NCBI RefSeq assembly: GCF_031769215.1
Contig: NW_026781961.1
Location: 1,798,001-1,862,000 of the forward strand
Source: Ylistrum balloti
Lineage: Eukaryota
Length of the DNA stretch: 64,000 bases
Reading direction: 5' to 3'
Shown: one piece after another, positions 54,201-64,000 of the stretch
How positions within the stretch are numbered: the stretch's first letter is position 1
Layout: each line of letters opens with the position of its first letter
Position numbers and translations under genes: made by a program
The notes under the pieces: model-generated
What the model saw: only the letters and a program-made list of their open reading frames with translations
Told to the model about the DNA's origin: nothing
Database searches by the model: none

Positions 54201-55470
54201 GAAAATATCCATTTGCTTACATTACCAGCAGTAAGTTGTTGGCAGTTTATGGGCTCGTAATACACAACTGACTTTTGTAATGGTAAACATAAGTGTATAT
54301 CAGCCATGCATTCATATGTAAGGACACCTTGAAGGCTCTTCAGCTGTACTAAATATACATGACTACAGCTTCACTGTATTTATCTTGCAATCAGCTCAGG
54401 GGCCAACACTATACAAGAGATCCCAGAGGGATCTTGGCGTCCAACATTGTTTGATCTTTATTTGCTCTTTGAAATTTGGATCTTTTCCCTTCTTTTCTTT
54501 CCTCATCTCTGTTTTTGCTCTTAAGGATAAGACATTTGAACATTCCTTTGCAGAAATAGCGATGATAATCTTTACCAGCCAAATCCAAACTGGCTGTCTG
54601 GAAGAAATTTTTCTTCTTCTGATCAGTTCCAACATCAAGTGAACACAGGGAGAGGCCAAAGGGAACATACCTATGAAATTTGGGAGATATCAATTCAGTA
54701 CCACTTAAGAAATAGCAATAACAATCTTTACCAGTCAAAATCTCAGATGCCCGTCTGTTGGCCATTTTGTTTTTCTGATCAGTCCTAAAATCAAATTGGC
54801 ACAACTTGGGACCAAGGGGTACCAACATCTGAAAGATGCATCAAATCCTTCTCAAGAAATAGCAATAACAAACTTTCAAAGTCAAAATACATGATGACTG
54901 CCTGTCAGCCATTTTGTTTTCTTTTATCACACCCAAAATCAAATGGACACAACAAGGAGACCAAGGTAAACCTATATGCAATTTGAGAAAGATACATACA
55001 GTACTTCTAAAGAAATAACGATAACAAAAATTGTTTACAGACAGGCGGGTGAATGGACCACAGATGCAGAGCGATTTGAATAGCCCACCATCTGATGATG
55101 GTGGGCTGAAAAAACAGTGAGATGACTAAGCATTTGATGGTAGTTCTATTGATGAAACTAGAGCAACTGTGTGCAGCCTTATTACAGAGTAATAGCTATT
55201 TCAATGTTTTGTTAAAAACATTTTATACCTGTACATCTCAAAATCTTTTCGTATCTTTTCTGCCTCTGGATTTTCCAAATCTATAGACAAAGCTGAGCGG
55301 AGACTCCCTCCCTTTGGTTTCTTGCTAGCTCCACTTCGCAGCCCAAGTTTCCCCCGAGGTTTCATCTCAATAGGAATTCTCTTGATGACTCCATGGCTGC
55401 TACCATCCAAATCTGTCCCAAGGATATCGTCATCTTCATTATTCCTCAGGAAGGAGCCTCCAGTACCCAT
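33111..55470 (-). CDS. NPHP3: Nephrocystin-3: N-myristoylation site, N-terminal coiled coil, P-loop/NACHT-like region, C-terminal TPR array; 29 coding exons, 1306 aa
   Basis: Manually spliced exons: 55229-55470, 53784-53997, 53350-53494, 52668-52811, 51371-51504, 50971-51069, 49790-49872, 48867-48950, 48163-48298, 47499-47675, 47078-47181, 46520-46634, 45485-45628, 44936-45033, 44180-44365, 43170-43311, 42270-42434, 41703-41803, 41052-41174, 39835-39935, 39009-39106, 38428-38669, 37956-38031, 37601-37731, 36394-36565, 35952-36020, 34716-34841, 33719-33844, 33111-33254. The total is 3921 nt, in frame with no internal stop. Peptides such as [49 protein letters not shown] and RRALQLEEL match my recollection of vertebrate NPHP3. 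Confidence 0.96.
33719..33844 (-). CDS. NPHP3: NPHP3 coding exon 28 (TPR), followed by a GC donor
   Basis: [15 protein letters not shown]...LAVMKYEQ; donor CAG|GCATGT. Confidence 0.92.
34716..34841 (-). CDS. NPHP3: NPHP3 coding exon 27 (TPR)
   Basis: [22 protein letters not shown]...LAVLYSQQ. Confidence 0.96.
35952..36020 (-). CDS. NPHP3: NPHP3 coding exon 26 (TPR)
   Basis: [23 protein letters not shown]. Confidence 0.92.
36394..36565 (-). CDS. NPHP3: NPHP3 coding exon 25 (TPR)
   Basis: [21 protein letters not shown]...ALQIRSK. Confidence 0.96.
37601..37731 (-). CDS. NPHP3: NPHP3 coding exon 24 (TPR)
   Basis: [44 protein letters not shown]. Confidence 0.96.
37956..38031 (-). CDS. NPHP3: NPHP3 coding exon 23
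   Basis: [25 protein letters not shown]. Confidence 0.9.
38428..38669 (-). CDS. NPHP3: NPHP3 coding exon 22 (TPR)
   Basis: [21 protein letters not shown]...LYQKQDK. Confidence 0.96.
39009..39106 (-). CDS. NPHP3: NPHP3 coding exon 21
   Basis: ...[18 protein letters not shown]. Confidence 0.94.
39835..39935 (-). CDS. NPHP3: NPHP3 coding exon 20
   Basis: [25 protein letters not shown]... Confidence 0.94.
41052..41174 (-). CDS. NPHP3: NPHP3 coding exon 19
   Basis: [18 protein letters not shown]...FQRFYAR. Confidence 0.93.
41703..41803 (-). CDS. NPHP3: NPHP3 coding exon 18
   Basis: [11 protein letters not shown]...LVQYFTQFQ. Confidence 0.9.
42270..42434 (-). CDS. NPHP3: NPHP3 coding exon 17
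   Basis: [20 protein letters not shown]...FAHEQ. Confidence 0.93.
42485..43140. repeat. Minisatellite with about 20-bp subunit filling NPHP3 intron 16
   Basis: atttccc(a/t)cag(c/a)tacctg variants. Confidence 0.92.
43170..43311 (-). CDS. NPHP3: NPHP3 coding exon 16
   Basis: [29 protein letters not shown]...FLKT. Confidence 0.9.
44180..44365 (-). CDS. NPHP3: NPHP3 coding exon 15
   Basis: [11 protein letters not shown]...[13 protein letters not shown]... Confidence 0.95.
44936..45033 (-). CDS. NPHP3: NPHP3 coding exon 14
   Basis: [23 protein letters not shown]...QAWR. Confidence 0.95.
45485..45628 (-). CDS. NPHP3: NPHP3 coding exon 13
   Basis: [28 protein letters not shown]...DSIDRFQ. Confidence 0.95.
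45857..46030 (+). mobile_element. HINE-like element: GGAC microsatellite plus 3' palindrome
   Basis: gggacgggacggacagac followed by the tatgcccccg-gccataaatggc-gggggcata hairpin. Confidence 0.65.
46215..46352 (-). mobile_element. Decayed copy of the 9790-9907 SINE
   Basis: Shared gtgacc...accttttcacatccgtt segment and a degraded tRNA head. Confidence 0.65.
46520..46634 (-). CDS. NPHP3: NPHP3 coding exon 12
   Basis: [19 protein letters not shown]...IRRLTAQ. Confidence 0.93.
47078..47181 (-). CDS. NPHP3: NPHP3 coding exon 11 (P-loop)
   Basis: [35 protein letters not shown]. Confidence 0.95.
47499..47675 (-). CDS. NPHP3: NPHP3 coding exon 10
   Basis: ELGVGNK...[12 protein letters not shown]...ELGFEK; phase 0/0. 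Confidence 0.92.
48163..48298 (-). CDS. NPHP3: NPHP3 coding exon 9
   Basis: [13 protein letters not shown]...LEKILKG; GTAAGT donor. Confidence 0.85.
48867..48950 (-). CDS. NPHP3: NPHP3 coding exon 8
   Basis: [27 protein letters not shown]; phase 2/2. Confidence 0.85.
49790..49872 (-). CDS. NPHP3: NPHP3 coding exon 7
   Basis: [27 protein letters not shown]; phase 0/2. Confidence 0.85.
50971..51069 (-). CDS. NPHP3: NPHP3 coding exon 6
   Basis: [14 protein letters not shown]...PPSTQ; phase 0/0. Confidence 0.88.
51371..51504 (-). CDS. NPHP3: NPHP3 coding exon 5
   Basis: [12 protein letters not shown]...EVEILNK; AAG acceptor (uncommon), GTGAGT donor. Confidence 0.85.
52668..52811 (-). CDS. NPHP3: NPHP3 coding exon 4
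   Basis: [18 protein letters not shown]...FTNVNR; phase 1/1. Confidence 0.9.
53350..53494 (-). CDS. NPHP3: NPHP3 coding exon 3
   Basis: [24 protein letters not shown]...EPGM; GTAAGA donor. Confidence 0.93.
53784..53997 (-). CDS. NPHP3: NPHP3 coding exon 2 (coiled coil)
   Basis: [17 protein letters not shown]...DKVQRQFK; CAG acceptor, GTGAGT donor. Confidence 0.95.
54400..55115 (+). mobile_element. HINE/MITE-like non-autonomous element in NPHP3 intron 1, with internal repeats and 3' palindrome
   Basis: Internally repeated gaaatagcaataac / ccattttgtttt blocks; 3' hairpin agcccaccatc...gatggtgggct; a shorter copy sits at about 14810-15160. Confidence 0.7.
55229..55470 (-). CDS. NPHP3: NPHP3 coding exon 1
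   Basis: MGTGGSFL...RKDFEMYR; AG|GTATAA donor, phase 2; acceptor 15 nt upstream of the ATG (55486). Confidence 0.92.
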
Positions 55471-56830
55471 GATGAATGGTTATTACTGTACAACAAATCT
55501 CCGTTTGTCTGGCGGTGAAGTTTATGGCATGTTTCTCAGATCAAGGGTAGTCTCAAAATACATTCTGCACAAAGATAAAAGGAAACTTCATATATTTTTT
55601 CCCACATGGCCATTACTCTACTAGTCTTTCCAATGTGTTTACAAGTTGATAATTCATGTATCAAATAAACAAACTTTTGTTATTCAAATTACCTGGTATA
55701 CAATATATAATTTGCATAAATTCCTATCAAAATTTCACACAAGTGTCATAAGTAAAACTATAGTTTTATAATCATTCATCAATTCTACAATAGAGATTCA
55801 GCTCAGGTTTCAATCTTAAATCAGATAATGGGCTGCAGCTTATGCATGCTCGTTCAAGTCCTACTGAGTCAGTAGGAGGCTGCTCGTATCTTATCACACA
55901 AACATTCTCATTGTTTTCATTCACAGTCATAGTAACCAGGGATGTACAATTGAAAAGACAGTACACTGCCAATAGCTAAGAACAGATAAATTTGAGTTCA
56001 CAACCCTTGTTGTGTCTGTGCACCATATTTCTTCAAAACTACATCTTATCATTCTTATCTTTTCAAAATGAATAGTACAGAAAAGCTGTTCTTTTCTTTC
56101 CTGAGCTTCATTTCTCACTGGCCAACGAAATGGCTTGGTTAAGACTGGTCAATGCTAACTAAATATAATGAGTCTAGAAGAGAATGAAACACGGGTACAT
56201 TTGTATATAATTCTGAAGAGAGGGATCTTCTGTGACCTTAAAGCTCCATTAACATATACAAAAGCTACCATCAGATAAGCATTCAATGGACTTTGTTTTC
56301 ACTGCCTGAACTATACATCCCTGTTGTACCAATGATGAAACAAACATACAAAATTTACATACTACTTACTGTCTAATCAAAGTGTAAACACTATCACAAA
56401 AATTAAGCCTTTATAACACAGTCTCCTAAACAGATCGACTATATTACATAACTGTTGTTTCGAATTTCAAAAGTAACCTACTAACTATTGATCATGACCA
56501 TAATACAACATTTTGAGTGTAAGTTAACCAAAAATTGGAAAACTTTCTGTTCATCTGTTTGGACTCGTGAACAGAATATACTTAGTACCCCAGGAGGGGA
56601 TTCTTGAAATTCAAATCATTCACATTTTAAAAGCTGCAAATCAGGAATTATGCAATTCTACCAATAATGCTGAAATGCTATTTCATACATATTTGTGTCG
56701 AATATGCCCCGAATAGTGATTCGGCCCGATACAATTCGGACTTGTTTCCAAAAAGCAAATTTTAGATTAAGAATGTTATAGACAACAAAAGCACAATCAG
56801 CTGTTTTTTGTGGTTAAAACGGATACTTAC

Positions 56831-57020
56831 GTACGATATTTTGGTTTTAAATTGTTCTACATTTCTGGAAGACATAAGATCACGACTTTACATTCAATAA
56901 ACAGACATGTTCATCATACAGTGAATGTTTGTTATTTGACGGAAGTGTATATGAATGAAGGGACGTAACTCTAACCGGAAGTCAAAATATAAACGGACTA
57001 CGGATCAAATTTACGGAAGA
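56831..57020 (-). promoter_or_regulatory. Putative NPHP3 promoter and non-coding first exon
   Basis: Strong GTAAGT donor at 56830 (minus). ETS-like CGGAAG(T) motifs at about 56940, 56975-56982 and about 57013. Coding exon 1 has an acceptor upstream of its ATG, so a 5' UTR exon is likely. Confidence 0.5.
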
Positions 57021-59647
57021 GTAAACCGAAAACTCTGTCCCAACATGCACATATGACGTAAGACTATCCCGAATGCAAATGTATATATAGACAGGGGTTA
57101 CATATATTCACATATAAACGATGGGAACATTGAAGGTTGTTAAAAAGGCGGAGGAGGGTAGGGCAACGTGTAGACTTCATTTCATTCTATTCCACCCACG
57201 TGTATCCTCGACACTCAAGGGTTAAAAAAAACTCACTTTCGCTCTCTGTAGATCTATCAAAATTGATAGTAACCCTCTGAAGTATTGAAGCTGGCCTACA
57301 CGTGTCAACAAAGGATATATACACACATAAACATATACAGTAAGATATAGAGAAGCCAAAAGGACTGGTTGATGGTCATGAAATATGATTTTTTTTTTCT
57401 TTCTTTTTTTCCCAATAGACACATGCACATTCATTATACTAAAACTGACGTTTTTCGTTTTACCTTGTGCAAATTTACACATGACGTTGAATCTTCTTCT
57501 CCTTGTCTAGTAACTCCATTCCGTTGATATTGACGATTACATGGACGAGGGGCGGGAGGGTTGCACGTGCGTAGTGAGACATGCGAGGGATTAAACGAGT
57601 GCATTGATTTATTTTTGTTAAATTCGTGAAGAGGTATAAGATAAAAAGGGAAGATGTGTGCCCCGCAAGTGTTTCTGTGTGAGAGCTTCAAAGGTTACGT
57701 AGAGAATGTATGTCTTGAATCCCTCGCGTGTTGTCGTTTGTACTGCTGCTAATTGCAGACAAGGACGTATAATAAATATATATCTGTGTTATACGACCCT
57801 AATCATTTCTGACGGTGTACCCTCATGTACTACTTTCTGAGTGCATAAGGTTTTGATGAATTTATCTGGCGAATCTAGGACTGGGAAGTTTGGCCATGTG
57901 ACGTGTGAGAATTAACTATTATTACTGAATATCTTGCATAGTATGAAGCGGGATGGAGTTTTTTTCTCTTGTTGAAAATCATTATCAGTATACTAGCTGC
58001 CTTATTCGTTGAGGGATTTTCATGTAACTTCATAAACATATCAAACATCAAAATACAGAATATGTATCTTTGGGAAGGTTCAGTGTGGTTGGGTCCAGGT
58101 CATTGTTGTTATTTTTAGAAAATCCTTCCTTTAGGGTTTCTCATCAAATTTCACACATTAAAAAAGTACCATATTATCGGGTTCGAGTTTCAGAAGTGTT
58201 GGACTATGGTTACTGTTGCTAATTTTCAGAAAAGATATCAATCATTACTATCAGTATACGTCCCTGTTTCTATGTAATGGCTTGTGTGGGCCAGTAGGGG
58301 GCATGTATTGCTTCAGCCGTGAATACTCAATATGCTTCTGAAGTGTATATTTCGTCCTCAATACAAGTTTCATTACATTTAAGGCACAACCATTAAGACT
58401 GGAAAACATTTTGATTATGACCAGCCTCTGTCATGAGTTTATGTGCTCAAATAAGGATGTTGCTGATGTGTCTATTTGAATGAGAATTGTATATGCAAGA
58501 CTCCTAGTTAGGTTTGGATCACTAGTTACACATTTACTTGTTTGCAGTGGTACGGTAATAAAATATCGGATCTATTTCGAATTTGAATCCATGCATAAAT
58601 GTCAATGTCCAAAATCACAAAAACGAACCGCCATCGATGATTATTATAAACATAATATTGTTACAATTAAATATAACATTTTTGTATACGAGTGTATCTT
58701 GTCAGTTGTTTCGAAGGACGCGCCAGTAAAACCCAAACTGAGAACCCCTGTGGTTAACTACAGCCATCTCTTTCATGGATTAATTTCTCATAGTCCGACT
58801 CTCTGTCCTATATGATTTCACACATTACTACAGTCAATATACAAAGAAATCATCTGATTTGGTCAGGGGCGTATGATTAAGACACCCATGGATTTGGTTA
58901 ACACAAAGAAGCTCCAAGAATACTACTGTGGCAATACTTCTGTCCAATACCAATACATCGCACAGAACATCTCGAATCTTTGGACTCATACCTTTTATTT
59001 CTCATTAAGATAGCAGCCAATAAGTCCTTTCTTCTATGTAATCCATTTGCTTGGTTGTCGCAACACCATGTTCTTTATTTTCAAGCAACAAGTCCGTGAT
59101 TTTTTTTGCAAGTCCAATATAATGATATACAATGTACTAAATGGATACTATCTAGCCAACATCATAAAATCTACTTTCAACCAAGTCTTTCAGTGACAGT
59201 TTGCTATTTTCAGTCACGAACGTATCTGTTGCGTGTTGTTTTTTGGAGTTGACAAAAATAACATTAAGTTGTCCTCTTTTGAAAATTATGTATTTTCTTT
59301 GTTATTTGTTAAAAAACAAGAATAAGAAGGCAGCAATCATCAATATTTTATTAGGATATAGCGATCGTGGTTTGTGTACATGATCAAAATGATTATCAAC
59401 CGTTCACATCTGACCAGATGACCACATCATCTGGTCGGTCATCTGGTCAGTTATTTAACAAACACATTCTTAAAAATTCACAAAGCACACACAAGATTAC
59501 TTGGCAATATATGTACTTGATCAAGCTATCAAACCACCCGTTGCATTATGGGTAAAGTAAATAGAAATTACATGGGCAGTATTGGTAAAGTCGTTAGACG
59601 ATTTAAACATTTTAGTCTGATTGTAGCTATCACCATTGCCATGAAAG

Positions 59648-60220
59648 TTACACAGAGCTGGTCCATCCGAGAGTGGATCGGAACCATTCATAGCCATGTC
59701 CGGACACATCCGGGGTTTTTTCAACTGGTTGTTGGTTACCTATGTCTACGCCACCATATATCGCCGACACGTCGGACACTTCCATGGTTTCCTGCACACT
59801 TTTCTCTGAACTTGCTAGTATGGAACCTTTGACATGTTCATAAAACGGACCGTGTGCTCCTGACATCTGCATCGAAATTAATGCAGCTGGGGATTTCGAT
59901 TCGTTGGGTAGCTGGCCTGGCAGCTCGATCGTAGCCCTTAGATGGCTGGTAGATGGCGCCAGGGTGCTGGAAAATACCGTAGACATGAGTCGCAGTGGCC
60001 TAGATTCCACTAATGTGTCGATTACCACCTCGTCGTTTAATTGAACGTCAGTCGAATGGGTGCCAGTCCAAACGGGCTCCACGAATAATGTTGGGTCAAT
60101 CTCGTAAATAATGGGCCCTTTGCTTGGCCTGAAAAAGTAGTAACATCCCAACAAACATCTTCCCAACAGTGGAGCTGGGCACCCTTCTGTACCATCCAGA
60201 CTGGCCACATCTCCAAGGTC
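59648..60220 (-). CDS. Terminal coding exon (190 aa) of an unidentified gene, Ser/Thr/Pro-rich tail
   Basis: Acceptor ttattcttattcgcAG, then 190 open codons DLGDVASLDGTEG...GWTSSV*. Visibly higher GC than the flanks; AATAAA (minus) at about 59347. Confidence 0.7.
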   Translation of the reverse strand, partial: DLGDVASLDGTEGCPAPLLGRCLLGCYYFFRPSKGPIIYEIDPTLFVEPVWTGTHSTDVQLNDEVVIDTLVESRPLRLMSTVFSSTLAPSTSHLRATIELPGQLPNESKSPAALISMQMSGAHGPFYEHVKGSILASSEKSVQETMEVSDVSAIYGGVDIGNQQPVEKTPDVSGHGYEWFRSTLGWTSSV

Positions 60221-60598
60221 CTGCGAATAAGAATAATTGAAGGATTTTTTATGCCTGAAAGCACGTTAATCTATGTAATCTCTTTTACTCAACTGTACGA
60301 AATGCTTAATTAATTCCACTTGATACGACACAACATTAAACTGTTTCTTTTTTATAAATGGAATCCCTTCAAAATTATGTAGTTATGCCTTATTGTGAAA
60401 ACCTGCAGGAAACAGTTCTGTCAAAAATGAAATGTAGGTCTTTGCGAAGCACGATTGAAAAATACAAATACATTTATTGATGTCGTTTCATATTACGCTA
60501 TGTCATTCAATGTTGGGAGTCATCAACAAGCAAATTTACAACACAAACATTTCTTTTTGGTATTTTATGTAGATTATTCAGGTATGATTGTAACATAC

Positions 60599-60688
60599 CT
60601 TTGGATCTATAGAAGAGGGATCTACTACAATGTGGCGTCGCTGAGTCATGACTTGAATGCAATATAACCAGATCGTACAACCAAAAAT
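60599..60688 (-). CDS. Penultimate exon of the same unidentified gene (end of a probable TM helix)
   Basis: ctattttcAG acceptor and AAG|GTATGT donor; 90 nt, phase 0/0, IFGCTIWLYCIQVMTQRRHIVVDPSSIDPK; joins in frame to 60220. Confidence 0.65.
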
Positions 60689-63600
60689 CTGAAAATAGAG
60701 AAACATCATTTAATTGCAGGACTATTTCCCCCAACTGACGATACTCTAAATTCGCACGTTTTAGTGGAGTTCAAATTTCGTGGTTTTCAAGAAATAATCG
60801 TTGATGTTTTATTTTGTAGGTAAACAGTAGCTCCGTATTCCACAAGGGTTATCAACGAAATCAACCGAACTTAAAAACCTCCACAAAAACATGATTAGGC
60901 AGTAATATGCTTTCTCTCTCACCCAGATTTGGGAGATAATTTACAGTAATTTACATAAACCACTCTGAATGAGAAAAATGAATACAGCTCACCAGTTTGT
61001 CCACCGCGTTGCTTGGGGAAATCACCGTGATACAACTAATATGACGTCAGCTAATTGTGACGTCATAATATATTAACAACAATTGGAATTATGGTTATTA
61101 TGATGCGCACGTCACTACTCGAACTATTCGTCAACCCATCGGGAACCCGTTTTATCAAGCATACTTTTCCATCCGGGCAAACAAGACAGATTGATATAAT
61201 TGTTTCGTAATGCAAACCATGGTTAATTGCACATACTGTACGGCTCCTGAGGTGTGATAAAGAGATTATTCAAGCTTTCAATCATTTGTATTGATGGGGA
61301 ATAATGGACATTTTCTTTAAATTCCCGAAAATCGACAAAAATAATAGCGAATCTCTCAACACGGAGAACAGTTTTCCAAACACCGTATGTGGGATATTTG
61401 TGGTGATGCATGTTTTGAAAATAGTTGATACAGGAAATACCAAACACAGCAAGAATTGACGCTTATTTTTCTCCCTCCAATCTTCTTCTTATCTCTAAGA
61501 TAGGAGAGTTCAACATACAAAGCAAAAATATAATTTCCAGTTATCTCCCTTGATACAGTCACATCGTAGCATTCCGTCCTTCGCCTAAACTGAAAGTCGT
61601 GTTGTGGGCAGCCAGATAAGTGTTACTAAGTAATAGTGGGTGGGAGTTATCTTGAATAACAATAACTTCAGATTTGTGTTTCCCACGAGGAGTTTTCCCA
61701 ATGACAACCCTAGTTTTACCAGGAACATGTATCTCCCGGTTAAAACGAATTTCAGCACTAACCCGGGCCTTTCAGTAAACTGGAATGGAATCGTACAAAT
61801 TATATAACAAACAATTTGTCTGACACCCTGAACAACCAGAGCAGCAGCATTTAAATCACCATATTTGACAGATATATACAAAAAATCTGAGTTAATGCAT
61901 GTATCTGGTTTTGTTGCGCGTATAGACTAGAAATCTGTGTTTTTAGTCAGAATCTGATGTGTGCAAGCGATGTCTAGCACCGTCGCCTTGTGATATACTA
62001 TCACCTTGCCGAACATTTTGCTCTCACGTGGACATTTGCACAGGTCTCTTCTAAAAAAAGACAATGGTGGAGTTGGCTTTTACGATCATCCTACTATCTG
62101 TTTGCAGTTCAGTCACTGGAAATGGTAACACCGGCAAGTTTTACTATACCGTAGGTGAAGTCGTCATAACTTATTTGAATTTGAATGCTTAGGAGAAAGG
62201 TTAGATGATCCTTCGGAACTGATATTTTCAAAATTGATAAATTACTTTTTTTTCTTTTGAAGACCTGTGTTATATCTTTGAAGATATCTATCATCTTCCC
62301 TCTGTTTCTTCTGTAGCCCAGAGTTGTTAATTTGAGCCGCCCAAGTCTAACTGGCTATAATAGATCTGACTTTTGTATGAAGTACACCTCTAGTAAAGTG
62401 TATTTTCCACCATTTAATCTACAATAAACAGCCATAGATTTGAGAGAAATGTATTTGTGCAATTTACATATATAGGGTCGATAATTCCTATATCTCTTTG
62501 TCTTTTATTAACAACATGCTTTCAAAATTTCCCCCAATATCACAAATTCCGTGACCAAGGTTTACATGATATGGCGTGTGTTGTCGATGAAGCAGAAGAC
62601 GTTAAGTCTTCCGGAACATCCGGCCTATGTTGCTCAGAAGTAAGAGTAAACTAGTGGTTTTTATAAAGCTGAAACTGCTACCATTGATTACACAAGAGCG
62701 TTAAAGCTAAAATAAACTCTAAGATTATATCTAACCTGTCTAAACAAAATGTGTTTCCTGTTTCGTTTAATTCATGTTTAGAAATTTGTACCTCTAACCA
62801 GTCTTTGAAAAGCCGGGTCCTGACCTTATTCTCACCGTAAGTTTTCAAGTGTCGACGTGTAAAATTTTCATTTGTTTTTATATTTTGTTTGATTAATTTT
62901 GAATTTGTTATATAATTCTGTCGACCTGTCCAATTTTTTTTTCACGGGTGATTGAGATGCCGTAAAACAACAACAAAGCCATATATTATGTTTTATTAAA
63001 TAAATCGACAATCATAACAAATAATAAACTAAAGGTGAGATAGATACAATGTAGTTCGTTGGTCAAAGAAACCCATTTATCAACTAACTGGCACAAATAG
63101 TTACATAGTAGAATCAGGATCTTTTGTAATCTTGTTTTCTAAACATCTAGGTGTTTTTAATATCAAAGAATGCAACATAAACAAGTACATATATATATAG
63201 AAAAATAATGACAATATTTACATTTACATCATCACAATTTCCTGATCAAACAACTTTAAACCTCTTTCAACATGAATATATTTTCAATATTTATTCTGTC
63301 ACGTGGGATTTACATACGCTTCAGGCCTCTTTCAAGGATACTTCAATAACCTAACGAGAAAATTATCTGTATTCCATGTTCGTTTCAGTGATTCAGATTT
63401 CCAAGATACCTAGCTGGTTGATTCAGTGAAAACATAGCTTTAAAGAGCTAATGTTACATTGATAAGAAACATTATTCTGAATAAAAATTGAATTAATTAT
63501 TTCGCTCTATGCAATATGCAAACTGCAGTCATGCGTAACATATATATGCATATTTAGAATAACTGAAAATCCTACCTCGTCTCTGAATGGCGAAAACCTG

Positions 63601-64000
63601 TTCTCTGATGATTAGTTAAAAATGTATGAAACCCACGGTTGACAGTAAGTATAGTATTATCCAATATAATTTAAAATTAACTCCAACGTAAAATCATAAA
63701 ATTTTGTGTTTTGATATATTTTGTAACCAAGAGTTGTATCTCATTTTTGCCAGAAGTGGGAGGAATAATATGACGTAATGTAGATTTTGTCCTGTGGACT
63801 ACATTTTGTGACGGCGAAGTTGACGTCGTGATTCGGTTTATAGTGTCAATAATTTCAACGTGTTTCTTTTACATAAATTAAAACCGGAAATTAAAGACTT
63901 GTAAGACATGATTGCTGACTTGGTTTGGACCCAAATGTTAAGGTTTTTGTCTGTTTCGTAAGAAATAATGATAAGCACATCGACCTCCTTTTATGAAAAC

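Noticed and set aside
54385-54828. Overlapping ORFs in NPHP3 intron 1
   Set aside because: They lie within a non-autonomous repeat with another copy at about 14.8 kb and have no transposase motifs
61042-61065. Paired TGACGTCA (CRE) sites as a promoter
   Set aside because: No associated first exon was identified; such pairs can occur in repeats

Overview
This is AT-rich eukaryotic genomic DNA with spliceosomal introns, not a prokaryotic locus. The repeat types (tRNA-headed SINEs, HINE/MITE-like elements ending in GGAC microsatellite plus palindrome, many intronic minisatellites) suggest a bivalve mollusc, probably an oyster (inference). The main feature is a complete 29-coding-exon nephrocystin-3 (NPHP3) gene on the minus strand (CDS 55470->33111, 3921 nt, 1306 aa by manual splicing, all phases consistent, one GC-AG intron). 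Also present: the last two exons of an unidentified minus-strand gene (60688->59648); fragments of a second, unidentified minus-strand gene (5' end near 27.2 kb); and a single-CDS-exon 170-aa gene (17202->16690) encoding an MGGCLGK-starting protein with two CxxC motifs, downstream of a perfect RFX X-box. Notable non-coding items are a Penelope-type minimal hammerhead ribozyme core (16605-16638), a perfect 134-bp-arm foldback element with a target-site duplication (8556-8835), a 56-bp-stem hairpin (26758-26876), several tandem arrays, and decayed tandem duplications of NPHP3 exon ends. There is no CRISPR array, rRNA or intact tRNA. All homology statements come from memory of the families; no searches were run.
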